From the IMG/VR virus record IMGVR_UViG_3300048691_000212: 64,000 nucleotides of DNA; one strand, 5' to 3'. Made by a program: the position numbers and the translations under genes. Positions 27,801 to 37,801 of the stretch are shown one piece after another. Source of the DNA: an uncultured virus (IMG/VR IMGVR_UViG_3300048691_000212). Lineage: Duplodnaviria; Heunggongvirae; Uroviricota; Caudoviricetes. The notes below the pieces were generated by a model. It saw only the letters and a list, made by a program, of their open reading frames with translations. It was not told the origin of the DNA and ran no database searches. Numbering within the stretch: position 1 is the first letter of the stretch; every line of letters begins with the position of its first letter.

Positions 27801-28727
27801 TATACTCGGGTAGGAAACAACTTTGAACGAAGCTGTAAGTTTAGAGCCATTAGGTTCTAAAATTTGTTGTGCTGTTGTATAAGGAATTGTTTTTACATCA
27901 CTATCGTTAATAATAAAATTCCATCCTGTTGGAGTACGTGTTAAATATAGAGTACAACCAATATACTGTACGTTGTTCAGTGTTCTTGATACAAATTCTG
28001 TAGTTAGTCCAAAAGAAGTCAAATTATCAAAAATTACACCTAAGTCTAAACCTAGAACATTTTGATAATTTAATCGATTACCCACTGGGTGTGAGACTAA
28101 GGATGTGGTGCCATTGTTTAAGAATACATTACAAACAGACGCAGGCTCAATGTCTAACGACGCAGTAATGTAAGGTATGTTCATCAGGCTTGGATCAAAC
28201 ACTTGTGTAAATACTGGAATGTCGTTTACAGTTTGGTCCAACACGATGCTACATTTTAATACATCTTCGTAAGCTGGTGTAAAAAAATTCTTCACACCAG
28301 CTTGTGTAGGGTCACTATAGATACTGTTATCAGGTTCGTGTAAAACACTATACTGGTTACCATTGTTGTCAAAGTGCGTTCCGGCGTCATTATTCGAAAC
28401 ACCGTTGCGAAACCAATTAACAGTAGCTGTATAATAAATTGTAGTTAAAATATCTTCACTACCCACTGCTGAAATTTTATAATCAACGCTATCGCTAGGG
28501 TTACCAGCAACCTCTAGTCTAGCTGTATAAAGATAGTGTCTATCAGCAACTAAAGTGTCCACAAAAACAAATGTTGTAGTTGTGAGTTGTGTTGCATTGC
28601 CCACGACTACTCCGTTACGAAGCACTTTAACTATACCTCCGTTAGGGATTGGTTGGGGTAGACTAATGCGTACTTCTGGGGTAAGTAGCTTAGTCTTACC
28701 CCCATTGGGGATAAGAATATCTGGCAT
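24885..28727 (-). CDS. 1280-aa virion surface protein with tandem Ig-like modules
   Basis: repeated ~110-aa beta modules (W...V..G..I..T......L.....Y......(T/S)D..G). Confidence 0.6.
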   Translation of the reverse strand: MPDILIPNGGKTKLLTPEVRISLPQPIPNGGIVKVLRNGVVVGNATQLTTTTFVFVDTLVADRHYLYTARLEVAGNPSDSVDYKISAVGSEDILTTIYYTATVNWFRNGVSNNDAGTHFDNNGNQYSVLHEPDNSIYSDPTQAGVKNFFTPAYEDVLKCSIVLDQTVNDIPVFTQVFDPSLMNIPYITASLDIEPASVCNVFLNNGTTSLVSHPVGNRLNYQNVLGLDLGVIFDNLTSFGLTTEFVSRTLNNVQYIGCTLYLTRTPTGWNFIINDSDVKTIPYTTAQQILEPNGSKLTASFKVVSYPSIVRKETITTVGGIANSSTEMRGLTGSSFTSVNYVDGNWRESFKLSDMVLNDFVGLKTIRQGTVEYTPIVTQNSNSFNFVSSVSELTINSPFTLTGSLSGLRPNTDCEVVVFHKKKTPPQGNNLPWDPIPREFIGFKTDSNGAGSIEVKVTETDSSVIRSEYYTKVRYSGGGAMQIAHSNPLQLSVAGAVPVLTFAPASTWQLAQGQYINTRAEETLSVGGNVEGMLAYADYVVKYFIKDPNSGVETPIYTVTKQSSVTGTFVLNTILTIPANAFVGSNIAYVKIYNEAETVVHFTTPQIALTILPEAVYSFGWATTSTIVAPGQDVEFTVNISGVAPDEGFYLRARHDGNIITPNAYQNTLRMSDGTGSISATIIARIPTTALDGDILAIDCLLQLYGSGELVHTSNSVNVTVDIAEANAAFSWVLNDLTVTPGTPITGTASITTGELNKTYYFSGSVKNASSVDVITFTELYVYSGSTGTATESFSIPVPEATPIGDVTLHATVNIAGESEVLFTPTPIAFKFTPSIDFYIAGDQVSTTQMRSANYNVAGNGSLYALETEYRVYYSFAGSDQIERNLGFSTHTSNEYGQLEFSSNLPIPEDAPLGLGSVFAEVRLGSSTVVIRSSALEINVIEYSPPPVITWAFVNGQETVVDENETVGFVGNISNLPPSSSFDVVFRREMNGARHDVSATISTNSSGVLTLNRTTTMARLGFYGGIYEGSNMLYNVLVTNNNDITLTTPVISVVIGTVLPDPVITWTSTATNFVVNPGDFITATGVVNNLLPNTEYTVYVRGQASGYSDFNLETSNRFTDATGSFTYSFNEQAPVITGDKLLNVSMNVFSLDTVNSVVPSKNLEYRVVNLSLATASWAIKPATPSSVSVGENIYFISTISDLSTGDDYLVTIQGRTSDNQTYGFFEEMITADENGQIVIDNSGIIDLYAQSGTLELYLFVQTDVSFRHILMTPDLIYTIV

Positions 28728-28764
28728 TGTAAAAACCTTTTTAATTGTTTAAGATCAGTATTTA

Positions 28765-31700
28765 TTAAGGCCCTGAAGGAACATAAATACCCGTAATTGT
28801 TGGACTTCCTGTTTCATAAATACCGGTTATGGATGGTGTGAAATCTTCTCCGGATTCAAAGAAACTATAACCTTCATTCATTAGTTCAGCACTTTGTCTG
28901 GAAACAGAAATTAGAGGAGCTAGAACTGGGCCTGTTCCTTTAATTGTTCCTGACGAGAAATCCCATGTCTGGTCTTCCCATGCACTAATGTCAAAAAGAC
29001 GCACTAGTGTTAATAACGATTCATTTGTACCTGGATCGTAATTATAAACAAGCTTGAAAATACCGTTACCCTTTTGTAAAAACAAATAATCTTTTCTATT
29101 ACTATTAAACATAGGAACAGGTATTAAATCGTTATTGTTATTACTAGGGATATTTGGAGTTTGTGAGTAAAAATTAAAAGATTTGTTACTATCTAGTCTA
29201 CCTGTGAGTAAAAATCTTTTAGCGCTATAGAAAACATAAGGGACATAATCTGTCTCTAAGTTGTCCCAAATATGCATTCCTATTTCTGGTATAAAATTAA
29301 CCAGACCAGGAACACCTAAAGTCAGAGGTAGTTCTAACTGCGTGGTTGTACCGTTAGTTGTTCTAGATGCAAATAGATAATAGTTTCTATTTCCGTTAAG
29401 TACTTCGTAGCCCGAAACTAAAAAATTTAATTCTAAATGTTTAACTCTATTGGTTGCAGTAACAGGCACTATAGTTTTAGAACTATTAATAACGTAGGGC
29501 GATACGTTAGTTTGACTTATGCTAGAAGTTAAGTATTGATTAATAATACCAAACTGCTGAACAACACCAGGGGTACTCGTACAATCCCAAGCATGCACTG
29601 AAGCATAGTTTAAATCACTTAAAACATTAAACGACACCGAACCAGTGGTAGTGACTAATAAAGGGGTTGAGTATCTGTCTGAAATCTCAAGTAAATTTTC
29701 ACTAAAATTAACCAAACCGTGGTTAGTTATATTTACCTTACTTGTAACCAAGGTATTGTTTTCAAAAGAAACTACCGGTAGGTCTGCATTAAATTTAGTC
29801 TCTAAAGTAATTACTGAGTTCTCAATTACAGCATTCTTAAAATTACTAGGTAAGAGTTTTAAACTAGTAACAGAAATAACACCATTATTAGTAATCGAAT
29901 TACTAGAATCCCTTTTACCAATTAGTTTACTTTGCCCAAACCCTGTCCACGTAACGCCACCGTCAACAGATTTTGCAATACCTTTATTTTTATCTAATAA
30001 AGCATAAACGTTAAATTGGTCGCTAAAAAGAGCTAAAGGTGGACTATTAAAAAATTTAGGATAGCTGAAGTTATCCGATGTGGATAATACCTGGTTACTA
30101 GCTAAGCCTAAGGCCCAGTTTTTCTCAGTTCCTTTAGTTAGGCTAAAGCTATAATCAAAACCTGTTCCGACAATAGGCAGATTGCCATAGAGATCATTAT
30201 AAATACCATTTATGTTCTCCACAATAACAACTGGGTGATATTCACCACCAGCTATATTTCCTATACCGTTATAAAGATGCTTTGATTCCACAGTAAACAA
30301 ATGGTCTTTTTGTACTTGGTAATCTTGGATACTAGAATTCCAAGTAAATCTAAACCCAAATATTGAATCACTTAACTGTGCATGAAATAGTCTCTTACCT
30401 AAGGTGTTGTTAATTATAAGTTGTTGCGGGTGTTGTCCTGACGCCAGAGTAAAATCTGTTTCATTCCACGCTCTACGATTACTTCCAATTCTGATTGAGT
30501 GATAAACCCTAACACCATAAGTCCAGTACCATGAATCTTCTAGGGTGGGGTTATCAGTAAAATAATAAAGATCTGGAGAGGCTTTTCTTATCTTAATAGG
30601 TATTTCAATAACGTCTATAAAAGCATTAGTGTTGTTAACTAGATTAATAGAATAGCTGTTTATATAAGCCAAACCATTGTCTAATTCGTTAAAACTTAAT
30701 GCTCCGTTACAAACCAAAGAAGCAGTGCCCGTAGAACTTAAATCATAGACAATAATTGCTGGAGTGTTAGCACCTTTAATAATGCCGTAAACACTCAGTA
30801 AACTACTTGATAAAAAGCTAAATTTATTTAATGAGTTAGTGTTATCTCCAAGTACAAAACTATTATTACCAATAGCAATACTGCTGAGAGATTTAATACT
30901 TAAAACACCTGTCTCGAAATTAAGCGTTTCTACCAGCGGTAGAGAATAAGTTGTGTTATTTAAAACAGCAGTTCTAGGACCACCCACTACCACAGAAATA
31001 GTGTTCCCATGAATATCTAGGTGTGAAACTTTAAGTGCCGTATTGGTTGGTTTAAATACATTTAAAGTATTTAAATTATGCGTACTTGCGCTCCAGTCCA
31101 AACCAAGAACCGACCCTTTATAAAGTTTATAACTGGTTCCTTGTTTTACAATAGCAAAGACACCGGTAGAATTACTAACTACATTGGTGACATTGCAAGT
31201 TGCATCTGTTAAGTTACCAGACAAGTTTCTTGCTGGTTCTGGTATTTTTGAAACAACTGTCCAGAGTTCAGCTGAGTTGCTGGTAGATAATACCAGGCCA
31301 TGGTAAGTAACTCCGTAAGTCAAAGTACCATTTTTCCAAAGATGAACAAAGGGATAAATATTTTCAATCTTTGTTTCCTTATCTACAACTCTATCATTAA
31401 AAGCAGATAAGTTTAGGTCGCTATTAAGAAAATTATCTTTATGTGTTTCTTTAGACCCGTAGATATCAATGCCTAAAGTAAAGCTATCCACAACACTTAA
31501 ATTTGATCCTAGTAAACTATTAGAAAGATCTCTCTTTGTACTACCTGACAACATTGTATCCAGGATAAACTCAGGATCTAGAGAACTGCCCTCTAGCGTC
31601 ATTTGTTCAGAGCTATAAAAGACAACAGATGTACTAGTAAAGTCCAGAGTTACTACAATATCTTGGCTTGTTCCTACAGACGGTAGTCTGTAGTCAACTA

Positions 31701-32037
31701 CGTCGCTAGGTTTAATATAAACACCATACTTAGTATTTATACTAGGTAACAAATCAACTAAGTTAATAGCTGACCCTTTCTCAATAGTTACTGCGCCTAA
31801 TTCTGATAAATGTACTCTATTATAGTAAATAGTTTTAACGCCATAGTAGCCAGAGGCTGCTTTTGGTATTAACTTAATTTTAGTATTTCTAATGGGGTTT
31901 ATTTCACTAGGGATCTCAGGATCTGAGAATACAAAATCACTCATTACGAGATTAGTATTCTCCTTAGCGTTAATAAGAGCCAGTAAAACCACGTTACCAT
32001 CACCACCGTGGTCGATTGTGCCTAAAACAGTAGCCAT
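28765..32037 (-). CDS. large tail fibre/spike: YxR N-domain plus beta-propeller region
   Basis: IYYNRVHL; Asp-box KSVDGGVTW; start set to MATVLG. Confidence 0.65.
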   Translation of the reverse strand: MATVLGTIDHGGDGNVVLLALINAKENTNLVMSDFVFSDPEIPSEINPIRNTKIKLIPKAASGYYGVKTIYYNRVHLSELGAVTIEKGSAINLVDLLPSINTKYGVYIKPSDVVDYRLPSVGTSQDIVVTLDFTSTSVVFYSSEQMTLEGSSLDPEFILDTMLSGSTKRDLSNSLLGSNLSVVDSFTLGIDIYGSKETHKDNFLNSDLNLSAFNDRVVDKETKIENIYPFVHLWKNGTLTYGVTYHGLVLSTSNSAELWTVVSKIPEPARNLSGNLTDATCNVTNVVSNSTGVFAIVKQGTSYKLYKGSVLGLDWSASTHNLNTLNVFKPTNTALKVSHLDIHGNTISVVVGGPRTAVLNNTTYSLPLVETLNFETGVLSIKSLSSIAIGNNSFVLGDNTNSLNKFSFLSSSLLSVYGIIKGANTPAIIVYDLSSTGTASLVCNGALSFNELDNGLAYINSYSINLVNNTNAFIDVIEIPIKIRKASPDLYYFTDNPTLEDSWYWTYGVRVYHSIRIGSNRRAWNETDFTLASGQHPQQLIINNTLGKRLFHAQLSDSIFGFRFTWNSSIQDYQVQKDHLFTVESKHLYNGIGNIAGGEYHPVVIVENINGIYNDLYGNLPIVGTGFDYSFSLTKGTEKNWALGLASNQVLSTSDNFSYPKFFNSPPLALFSDQFNVYALLDKNKGIAKSVDGGVTWTGFGQSKLIGKRDSSNSITNNGVISVTSLKLLPSNFKNAVIENSVITLETKFNADLPVVSFENNTLVTSKVNITNHGLVNFSENLLEISDRYSTPLLVTTTGSVSFNVLSDLNYASVHAWDCTSTPGVVQQFGIINQYLTSSISQTNVSPYVINSSKTIVPVTATNRVKHLELNFLVSGYEVLNGNRNYYLFASRTTNGTTTQLELPLTLGVPGLVNFIPEIGMHIWDNLETDYVPYVFYSAKRFLLTGRLDSNKSFNFYSQTPNIPSNNNNDLIPVPMFNSNRKDYLFLQKGNGIFKLVYNYDPGTNESLLTLVRLFDISAWEDQTWDFSSGTIKGTGPVLAPLISVSRQSAELMNEGYSFFESGEDFTPSITGIYETGSPTITGIYVPSGP

Positions 32038-32097
32038 ATTTGTTTCCTTTAAACCTACAATTATTTTGTAGCCTACGACTACGTCATAAAATAACAC

Positions 32098-32139
32098 CCG
32101 ACTACTTGTTTACCAACTTTAAGGTAAACAAGTAGTCGG
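32098..32139 (-). terminator. 17-bp hairpin
   Basis: ccgactacttgtttacc/ggtaaacaagtagtcgg; TATG shortly downstream on minus (cata 32085-32088). Confidence 0.75.
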
Positions 32140-32155
32140 ATAGTATTGCAATAGT

Positions 32156-32848
32156 TTAGTGGAAATCAGTAGCTAGTTTTTTAACTACTTGTTTAGACCA
32201 TTCTTCAAGTACAAAATCATTACTGTTAGTAATTGTCAGATCTTCAATAGTGAGCCACTGGCCTTTTGTAATGATGCCTTCTTCCAGTGTCCCAAAGCCA
32301 CATTTTTCAAAAGCAGACAAATGACCAACAATAAATAAGTTAATACCAATATGTACTTTACTAACATCATTTTCTTCATTATAAAGAAGGCTCATTCCAG
32401 GGCACACGGCAATGGTTTCGTCTTCAATTTTAAAGAATGAAGAAATACCTCGCATAGCATTTTCAAAATGGTTAACACTAAGCCTCATTCCAGTTTCTTC
32501 AAAGACTTCGGCTTCACACGCCAAGGCAACTGAATTAACAAAATTAATATCTTTGCTAACGGCTGTTTCAACATGTCCGCCAATACCAATACTACAGTTA
32601 CCAATCAAGCGTGATTCACCGCTAGACTCACCACGCATATATGTAAAGTACTTAGAACCGTATTTGGCAGTGTCAGGGGTGGGTGGCGTTGTGTCTACAA
32701 AAACAAGATAAGGAATAATTTGAAGTTGATCAAAATTAGTTTCACATTCTGGTCGATTAGCCAAAAAAGGTTTTTGATTAAGCAGTTCTTGAATAGTGAT
32801 AGTGAAAGGATCAAAATTCTTAGTTACTGAGAGCGCTACTTTTCCCAT
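32156..32848 (-). CDS. Nudix-family phosphoesterase
   Basis: QIIPY...R...GESRL...SIGIGGHVE...EVFEETG...VHIG...LEEWS. Confidence 0.8.
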   Translation of the reverse strand: MGKVALSVTKNFDPFTITIQELLNQKPFLANRPECETNFDQLQIIPYLVFVDTTPPTPDTAKYGSKYFTYMRGESSGESRLIGNCSIGIGGHVETAVSKDINFVNSVALACEAEVFEETGMRLSVNHFENAMRGISSFFKIEDETIAVCPGMSLLYNEENDVSKVHIGINLFIVGHLSAFEKCGFGTLEEGIITKGQWLTIEDLTITNSNDFVLEEWSKQVVKKLATDFH

Positions 32849-32888
32849 GGTGTTTCTTTCTTTTTTACAGTGAACATCTCACTAACAT

Positions 32889-32932
32889 ATAATCCCTCCT
32901 AATAAGTTTTTACGCTTATTAGGAGGGATTAT
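32889..32932 (-). terminator. 18-bp hairpin
   Basis: ataatccctcctaataag/cttattaggagggattat; TATG on minus. Confidence 0.75.
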
Positions 32933-32936
32933 GAAT

Positions 32937-33353
32937 CTAAACTAAAATCAAGTTACCAGATCCCATGAAAACCAGAGACGACGGTGAAGCAGTTATTGTA
33001 AAATTACCTAACGCACCTAGCGTCTCCGGTAATAAGTCGTCAGAATAAATACCAATACCGAATTTGCTATTTAATTCATCGCAAAGCTCTAAAGATATAA
33101 CTCTGTTGCCCTTAGACACTTCAGACCCATTAAAGGTGCTAAGAGGTATTCTGTCATAATAGATAGTTATTCGTCCGTATAAACCAAGACTAGGTTTTGG
33201 TTCTAAATAAACAATTGAGTTCTTCAAACTATCACTACCTGTATTAATAATCGGGTTAGTAAATTCATAATTACCAATATCAATTACACGTTCATTGTCT
33301 TCATTATAAAGGCTAATAATAATGTTTTTAATTTGTTCATTGTTATTAGTCAT
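32937..33353 (-). CDS. virion tail protein, single YxR domain
   Basis: GRITIYYDRIPL...LNSKFGI....DDL...SSLVFMG. Confidence 0.65.
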   Translation of the reverse strand: MTNNNEQIKNIIISLYNEDNERVIDIGNYEFTNPIINTGSDSLKNSIVYLEPKPSLGLYGRITIYYDRIPLSTFNGSEVSKGNRVISLELCDELNSKFGIGIYSDDLLPETLGALGNFTITASPSSLVFMGSGNLILV

Positions 33354-33802
33354 ACTGAAACCTTAAGATTTAAAGTACCGTAGAATAATAAAGAATTATA
33401 ATGGGCGTCAACATTAAAAGTTTGTTGCTGGATACCAGTCACAATAGGTAGCCTTAAATTTACTAAATCTTCAGTACCAATATAGCCTTTGGCTATTTCT
33501 CCATTTGGTAGACTGAACCTGGTATAGAAACCATGGTCAGTACCTAAGCGTTCTACAAGGTCAGCTACTTTAATAGCGCTGCCTTTAGAAATAGATATAA
33601 CACCAAAAGTACTTAAATTTATTCTGTTATATTTAAAAACAGAAGTATTATAAACACCAGAGACTAACAGTGGGACAATATCAACTTTTGTATTATGTAA
33701 TCCGTCGTTTATAGCAACAGGGTTTTGTAATCTAAATTTTGTAAGATCAATTACTTTGTCGCTATATGAGACCACTACATCCTTAGTGGTGTACGTAGTC
33801 AT
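33350..33802 (-). CDS. virion tail protein, single YxR domain
   Basis: FKYNRINL...EDL...SLLFYG. Confidence 0.65.
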   Translation of the reverse strand: MTTYTTKDVVVSYSDKVIDLTKFRLQNPVAINDGLHNTKVDIVPLLVSGVYNTSVFKYNRINLSTFGVISISKGSAIKVADLVERLGTDHGFYTRFSLPNGEIAKGYIGTEDLVNLRLPIVTGIQQQTFNVDAHYNSLLFYGTLNLKVSV

Positions 33803-35535
33803 TAAACAGTCTCTAGCATAATAATTTTAGAGATACTTACATTAGTATCAACTAAACTAGTTGCGTCTTCTCGATATATAATTTCAATTGGTGCGCCGTT
33901 ATTGGAATAACGCCCAATTGTTGTAATGGGGTCACCCCATCCTCCGTCAGCAAGTTTAGGTAACATTGTTCCGTAAGCTAATATTTTACCATTAGACTGA
34001 GTAAACAAGTTTGTGCTATTTACCCATCTAAACATTGATGAATAATCAACACCCGACAATAACGTTACTCCGCCTGTTTGGTTAAAAACAATAGGTTGTC
34101 TGTGTGAAAATCCTGTAGCTGGATTGTTCTTAATCGTAAACATTACTACAGAAGTACCCGATGCTTTAACAAGCTCATTACCCTGAACAAGTCCGTTAGC
34201 GGAATCATAAATGCTTCTTGGGTCAAAGTCTTTAAGTAAAGTATTAAACTCAGTAATCAACGTACCTGAATTAGTAAACTTAAAAATAGGATTCCACGCA
34301 TAAGGGGAGACAGAATTGCCTGGAACAATATTTACACCATTAATAATGGGTGTGTCCGCAGTAGAGCTAACGCCGCGTGGCGGATTAACAAGCACCCATA
34401 AATCACCATTAGAGCTAATGTCTAAATTAACGACCTGCATAACAGTATTAACACTGGTGTTGCTAATAACAATTGGGTTGAATGTTGTGTCATCTATACC
34501 ACTGGCTGTTAAACGATCAATACGGACCTTTGCACCATTGTCGATATAAGTAGGACTAACTGTATATAAAAAGCCCTCAGGGGACATTTTAATAAGACTA
34601 GGTACGTAGCTAATGCCCGAAGCACTATAGTTACTAATGTCAAAACCCTCTTTATCAAACTTAAAAACACTGGCGGGTTTAGTACTATCTGTTTTATCTA
34701 GAATGTAGAAATTATTAATAGAGTCCAGTGAGCTAACTTGGTCAATATTAGCTCGTAGTCCAGTATTATTAAAAGATTTTATTGCGCCGTTAGGGCCAAT
34801 AATAATAAAACTAGCACTAACGTTGGTTGGAGTCACCTGGCCTAAATTTTGGTACGTTAAATCAAAAGTACCCTTTAACAATAAATCTTTATCAGTGTTT
34901 AAAATTACAGCTGTAATGTCAACAGTAGTAACAGTAACTGCATTTCTAAGAAAACTAAAAGCAGTATTTGTTGTACCGTCATTATTAATACAAGTTAATT
35001 TATTCCTGTAGTTTACAGCGGACACCCCTGATTTTACTAAATACAAAACACGAGTTACGTTGTCCGTGTCAGTCACAGGAACGGCACGGCTACCTAAAAC
35101 TAAGTTGTACGACCCAAAGAACAATAAAGACGTTTCCTTGGCCACGATAGTTACGTGTGTATTTACAGAACCTGTAGGGTCGTATAAGGGGAGATCTTGG
35201 TCATAATAATCGTCAGCAGTTAGATTAATTCCAAAAGCTAAATTAATCTTAGGAATTAAATCACTTAGTTTAGCCTCAGTATCTGGGAGTACTTCTATCA
35301 ACCCAGTGCTAAAGATTTCACTAAACCCCATTCGGTAGTAATAAATATCCTTGCTATTGTAGTAAACAGCATTAGTTTTAGGACTAATAATAATTTTTGT
35401 GTTTGCTTTCACACCAATCTTACTATACGGCTGAGGTATAGTAAGATTAAAATCATTATAATCTAAAACAACAGTAGCAGTAAGGTTGATATAATCAAAC
35501 AGCTGCTCTATAGGGCTTTTTGTAATGTCGCTCAT
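33802..35535 (-). CDS. tail protein: YxR domain plus delta-60-like beta-propeller
   Basis: IYYYRMGF...SLLFFG; G..DTTFNP and QSNGKIL repeats. Confidence 0.65.
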   Translation of the reverse strand: MSDITKSPIEQLFDYINLTATVVLDYNDFNLTIPQPYSKIGVKANTKIIISPKTNAVYYNSKDIYYYRMGFSEIFSTGLIEVLPDTEAKLSDLIPKINLAFGINLTADDYYDQDLPLYDPTGSVNTHVTIVAKETSLLFFGSYNLVLGSRAVPVTDTDNVTRVLYLVKSGVSAVNYRNKLTCINNDGTTNTAFSFLRNAVTVTTVDITAVILNTDKDLLLKGTFDLTYQNLGQVTPTNVSASFIIIGPNGAIKSFNNTGLRANIDQVSSLDSINNFYILDKTDSTKPASVFKFDKEGFDISNYSASGISYVPSLIKMSPEGFLYTVSPTYIDNGAKVRIDRLTASGIDDTTFNPIVISNTSVNTVMQVVNLDISSNGDLWVLVNPPRGVSSTADTPIINGVNIVPGNSVSPYAWNPIFKFTNSGTLITEFNTLLKDFDPRSIYDSANGLVQGNELVKASGTSVVMFTIKNNPATGFSHRQPIVFNQTGGVTLLSGVDYSSMFRWVNSTNLFTQSNGKILAYGTMLPKLADGGWGDPITTIGRYSNNGAPIEIIYREDATSLVDTNVSISKIIMLETV

Positions 35536-35861
35536 TGATGTCCTTTAGTTACTATGGCTCTAAGTATTAGCTTAGGAATTGGTTGGAAAAGCAACTCAAA
35601 AGCAGCAATAGAAATCGTTATTTCGTTGTCGGTACAAATCTCTGTCAGTGTGACTGTTTTATCTTCCTTTGAAATCTTAAGCACTTCAAAAGATCCTAAG
35701 TCTCTAACCACTTTATGAAAAGTATTAACACCCGGATAATAACCAGCTGGAGGGTGTTCAAAGAGTAGTTTTTCTGAACCTGTAAAGTTATACCCTAATA
35801 CCACAGGTTTAGTAATAAATTTACTTATTAGTTTTTTAAAATAAATGATTAGTTTTTTCAT
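35532..35861 (-). CDS. hypothetical protein
   Basis: 109-aa ORF coupled to neighbours. Confidence 0.55.
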   Translation of the reverse strand: MKKLIIYFKKLISKFITKPVVLGYNFTGSEKLLFEHPPAGYYPGVNTFHKVVRDLGSFEVLKISKEDKTVTLTEICTDNEITISIAAFELLFQPIPKLILRAIVTKGHQ

Positions 35862-37207
35862 TTTACTGCCTTATTTACAAAAACACTTAGCCGTGTGGTT
35901 GACCTATGTTTGCTTCCTGTAAAACCTGTTCCTTCTAATTCAACCAAACTATCAGAACAAAGAATAACACCGTTTAGTTCTTGAAGATCAGCACCGTCAA
36001 TATAAAGAACTTTTGCCATCATTCCTGGAAATATAAGTGATGGATTTGAATTCTCCCAAACAAAATCAAATATACCACCTTCTTTTCCGGCTAATCTAGA
36101 AAAGGCATTGAAAGGATTAGAACTTATTTTTTCTACACTAAGTTGAATATTATTAATTCCGTCTTCTTTTAACTTATTAACAAATTCACTATTAAGTTTT
36201 GTTCTCTTAAGAATAGCTTTATTTGCAGCAGTGGCTACTAAATTTCCCATGAACTGACCAGCATCAGCTAACATAACACCGTTACCAGAATTCATGAAAT
36301 TGACACTGCCATCGTCTTTAAATCTTGTGTCGGAAGTACCCAATACAAATAAACTAGTGCCTGCCTCTCTATATGTTCTCTCAATGCCCGTAAAACGACG
36401 TTTGGGGACTTTAATAAGAGTAATGGTACGTAGAGCTTTGTTTATTTTAGTAGTGTCATATAACGGATAAACATACCATGTTTTATTTTGAAAGTAACTA
36501 CCTAGTCCGGCGTTATAGACACCGCCACAACTTTCTTGAATATAAGTAGGTAAATTGGTTAACTTAGTTCCTTGAGGTATGACAACATGGTCTTTTACAG
36601 TTTTATTAGAACCTTCATTAACGTCCACCAGATCTACCACTGGCGAAGAGTTAATTTTTAACTCTTTTGTTTCCTTACCAATCATGGCCCTTATGACAGA
36701 ATCTGTTCTGGTATTTCTAAATATACCACCCACGGTTAAGGTTCTTAGTTTATCTAAAGATTTATTAAGAAGCTGAAAGTGTATATTTATAATATCTTTA
36801 AGATCAAGCTGTTGCTGGGTAAGCTGCCCTATTTCACTACCTTCCACATTGGGTAAACCATCCAGTACTAAAACAGCTTTAAAACGCTCAGATTCTACAC
36901 TTTGGTCATCCTGTATGTTTGCGCCCACTTCAGCCACAGGGGTCTTATAAAGAGTTATTTCTAAAACAGCCCTACTGGGAAATATAATTTTCGCATATAC
37001 ACCTAGAGGAACTACTGCCTCCATCATTAGTTCATCGCCTATGTTTTTTTCATAGTCTCTGAAAGTATGGATCGTAATTATCTTCATTAACTGCGTAGTT
37101 ACATCACCGGTGTGTATCTCAGCAGTCCAGTAATTAGAAACAGGTTTACTAGTTTGTGCTGTTATTAATTGCACTTCGTTGTACAAAGATGAGCTTTCTA
37201 GTTCCAT
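35858..37207 (-). CDS. virion structural protein, putative baseplate hub (phiKZ gp101-like by synteny)
   Basis: position and size in the conserved block; IPQG..L..LP.YIQ...GGVY..GLG.Y and WENSNP.LI.PGM. Confidence 0.6.
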   Translation of the reverse strand: MELESSSLYNEVQLITAQTSKPVSNYWTAEIHTGDVTTQLMKIITIHTFRDYEKNIGDELMMEAVVPLGVYAKIIFPSRAVLEITLYKTPVAEVGANIQDDQSVESERFKAVLVLDGLPNVEGSEIGQLTQQQLDLKDIINIHFQLLNKSLDKLRTLTVGGIFRNTRTDSVIRAMIGKETKELKINSSPVVDLVDVNEGSNKTVKDHVVIPQGTKLTNLPTYIQESCGGVYNAGLGSYFQNKTWYVYPLYDTTKINKALRTITLIKVPKRRFTGIERTYREAGTSLFVLGTSDTRFKDDGSVNFMNSGNGVMLADAGQFMGNLVATAANKAILKRTKLNSEFVNKLKEDGINNIQLSVEKISSNPFNAFSRLAGKEGGIFDFVWENSNPSLIFPGMMAKVLYIDGADLQELNGVILCSDSLVELEGTGFTGSKHRSTTRLSVFVNKAVK

Positions 37208-37797
37208 ACATTGCTCTTTTGTAATTTAGATCTAAAGAAATTAGAAAATGAATCTCTTTCAGGATACTGTTTTTCTTCTGGTGTGGTAAGCTTACCATCT
37301 ATTGTAACTGAAGGTGTGCTTGAGAAAAAGGTATTTCTATTAAAAGGAATAATGGAATTCAGATATTGAATATTAAGAGAATCTATGCCTGCTTGACCTT
37401 GTTCATATTTAACATGCTCATAAAGGTCAACGGCAAATTGATCCAGTGATATCAAATCTTCAATTGGTGCTGTTCCTAAATTAACACCCGAGTCTAGTTG
37501 ATTTTTCCAAACAATTAGATGTTTGGTTACAGCTTCGTAAATAGGTTTAACATCGGTGTATTTAACCAGTCTTACTTCGGCCCCAGACGCATGTATTTCT
37601 GCCATCTTTTCAATTGAGAGATAAGTGGTGGTTAAAGCTCTAGATTGTGCCTTGTCTAAAAACTTATCTCCAGTTGAATACATCCCAAACTGCCTAATTT
37701 GCTCAATAGTTTTAGTAGCTGTAACAGGTATTCTACAGAGATAAAGAATATCGAAGATACCAGCTAGAGTATCTTCACTGGTACTTCGTCCATTCAT
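37198..37797 (-). CDS. conserved phiKZ-like hypothetical protein (gp100-like by synteny)
   Basis: synteny; IY..V..HL..W and AP.EDL..LD.FA. Confidence 0.55.
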   Translation of the reverse strand: MNGRSTSEDTLAGIFDILYLCRIPVTATKTIEQIRQFGMYSTGDKFLDKAQSRALTTTYLSIEKMAEIHASGAEVRLVKYTDVKPIYEAVTKHLIVWKNQLDSGVNLGTAPIEDLISLDQFAVDLYEHVKYEQGQAGIDSLNIQYLNSIIPFNRNTFFSSTPSVTIDGKLTTPEEKQYPERDSFSNFFRSKLQKSNVWN

Positions 37798-37801
37798 TTG
37801 T

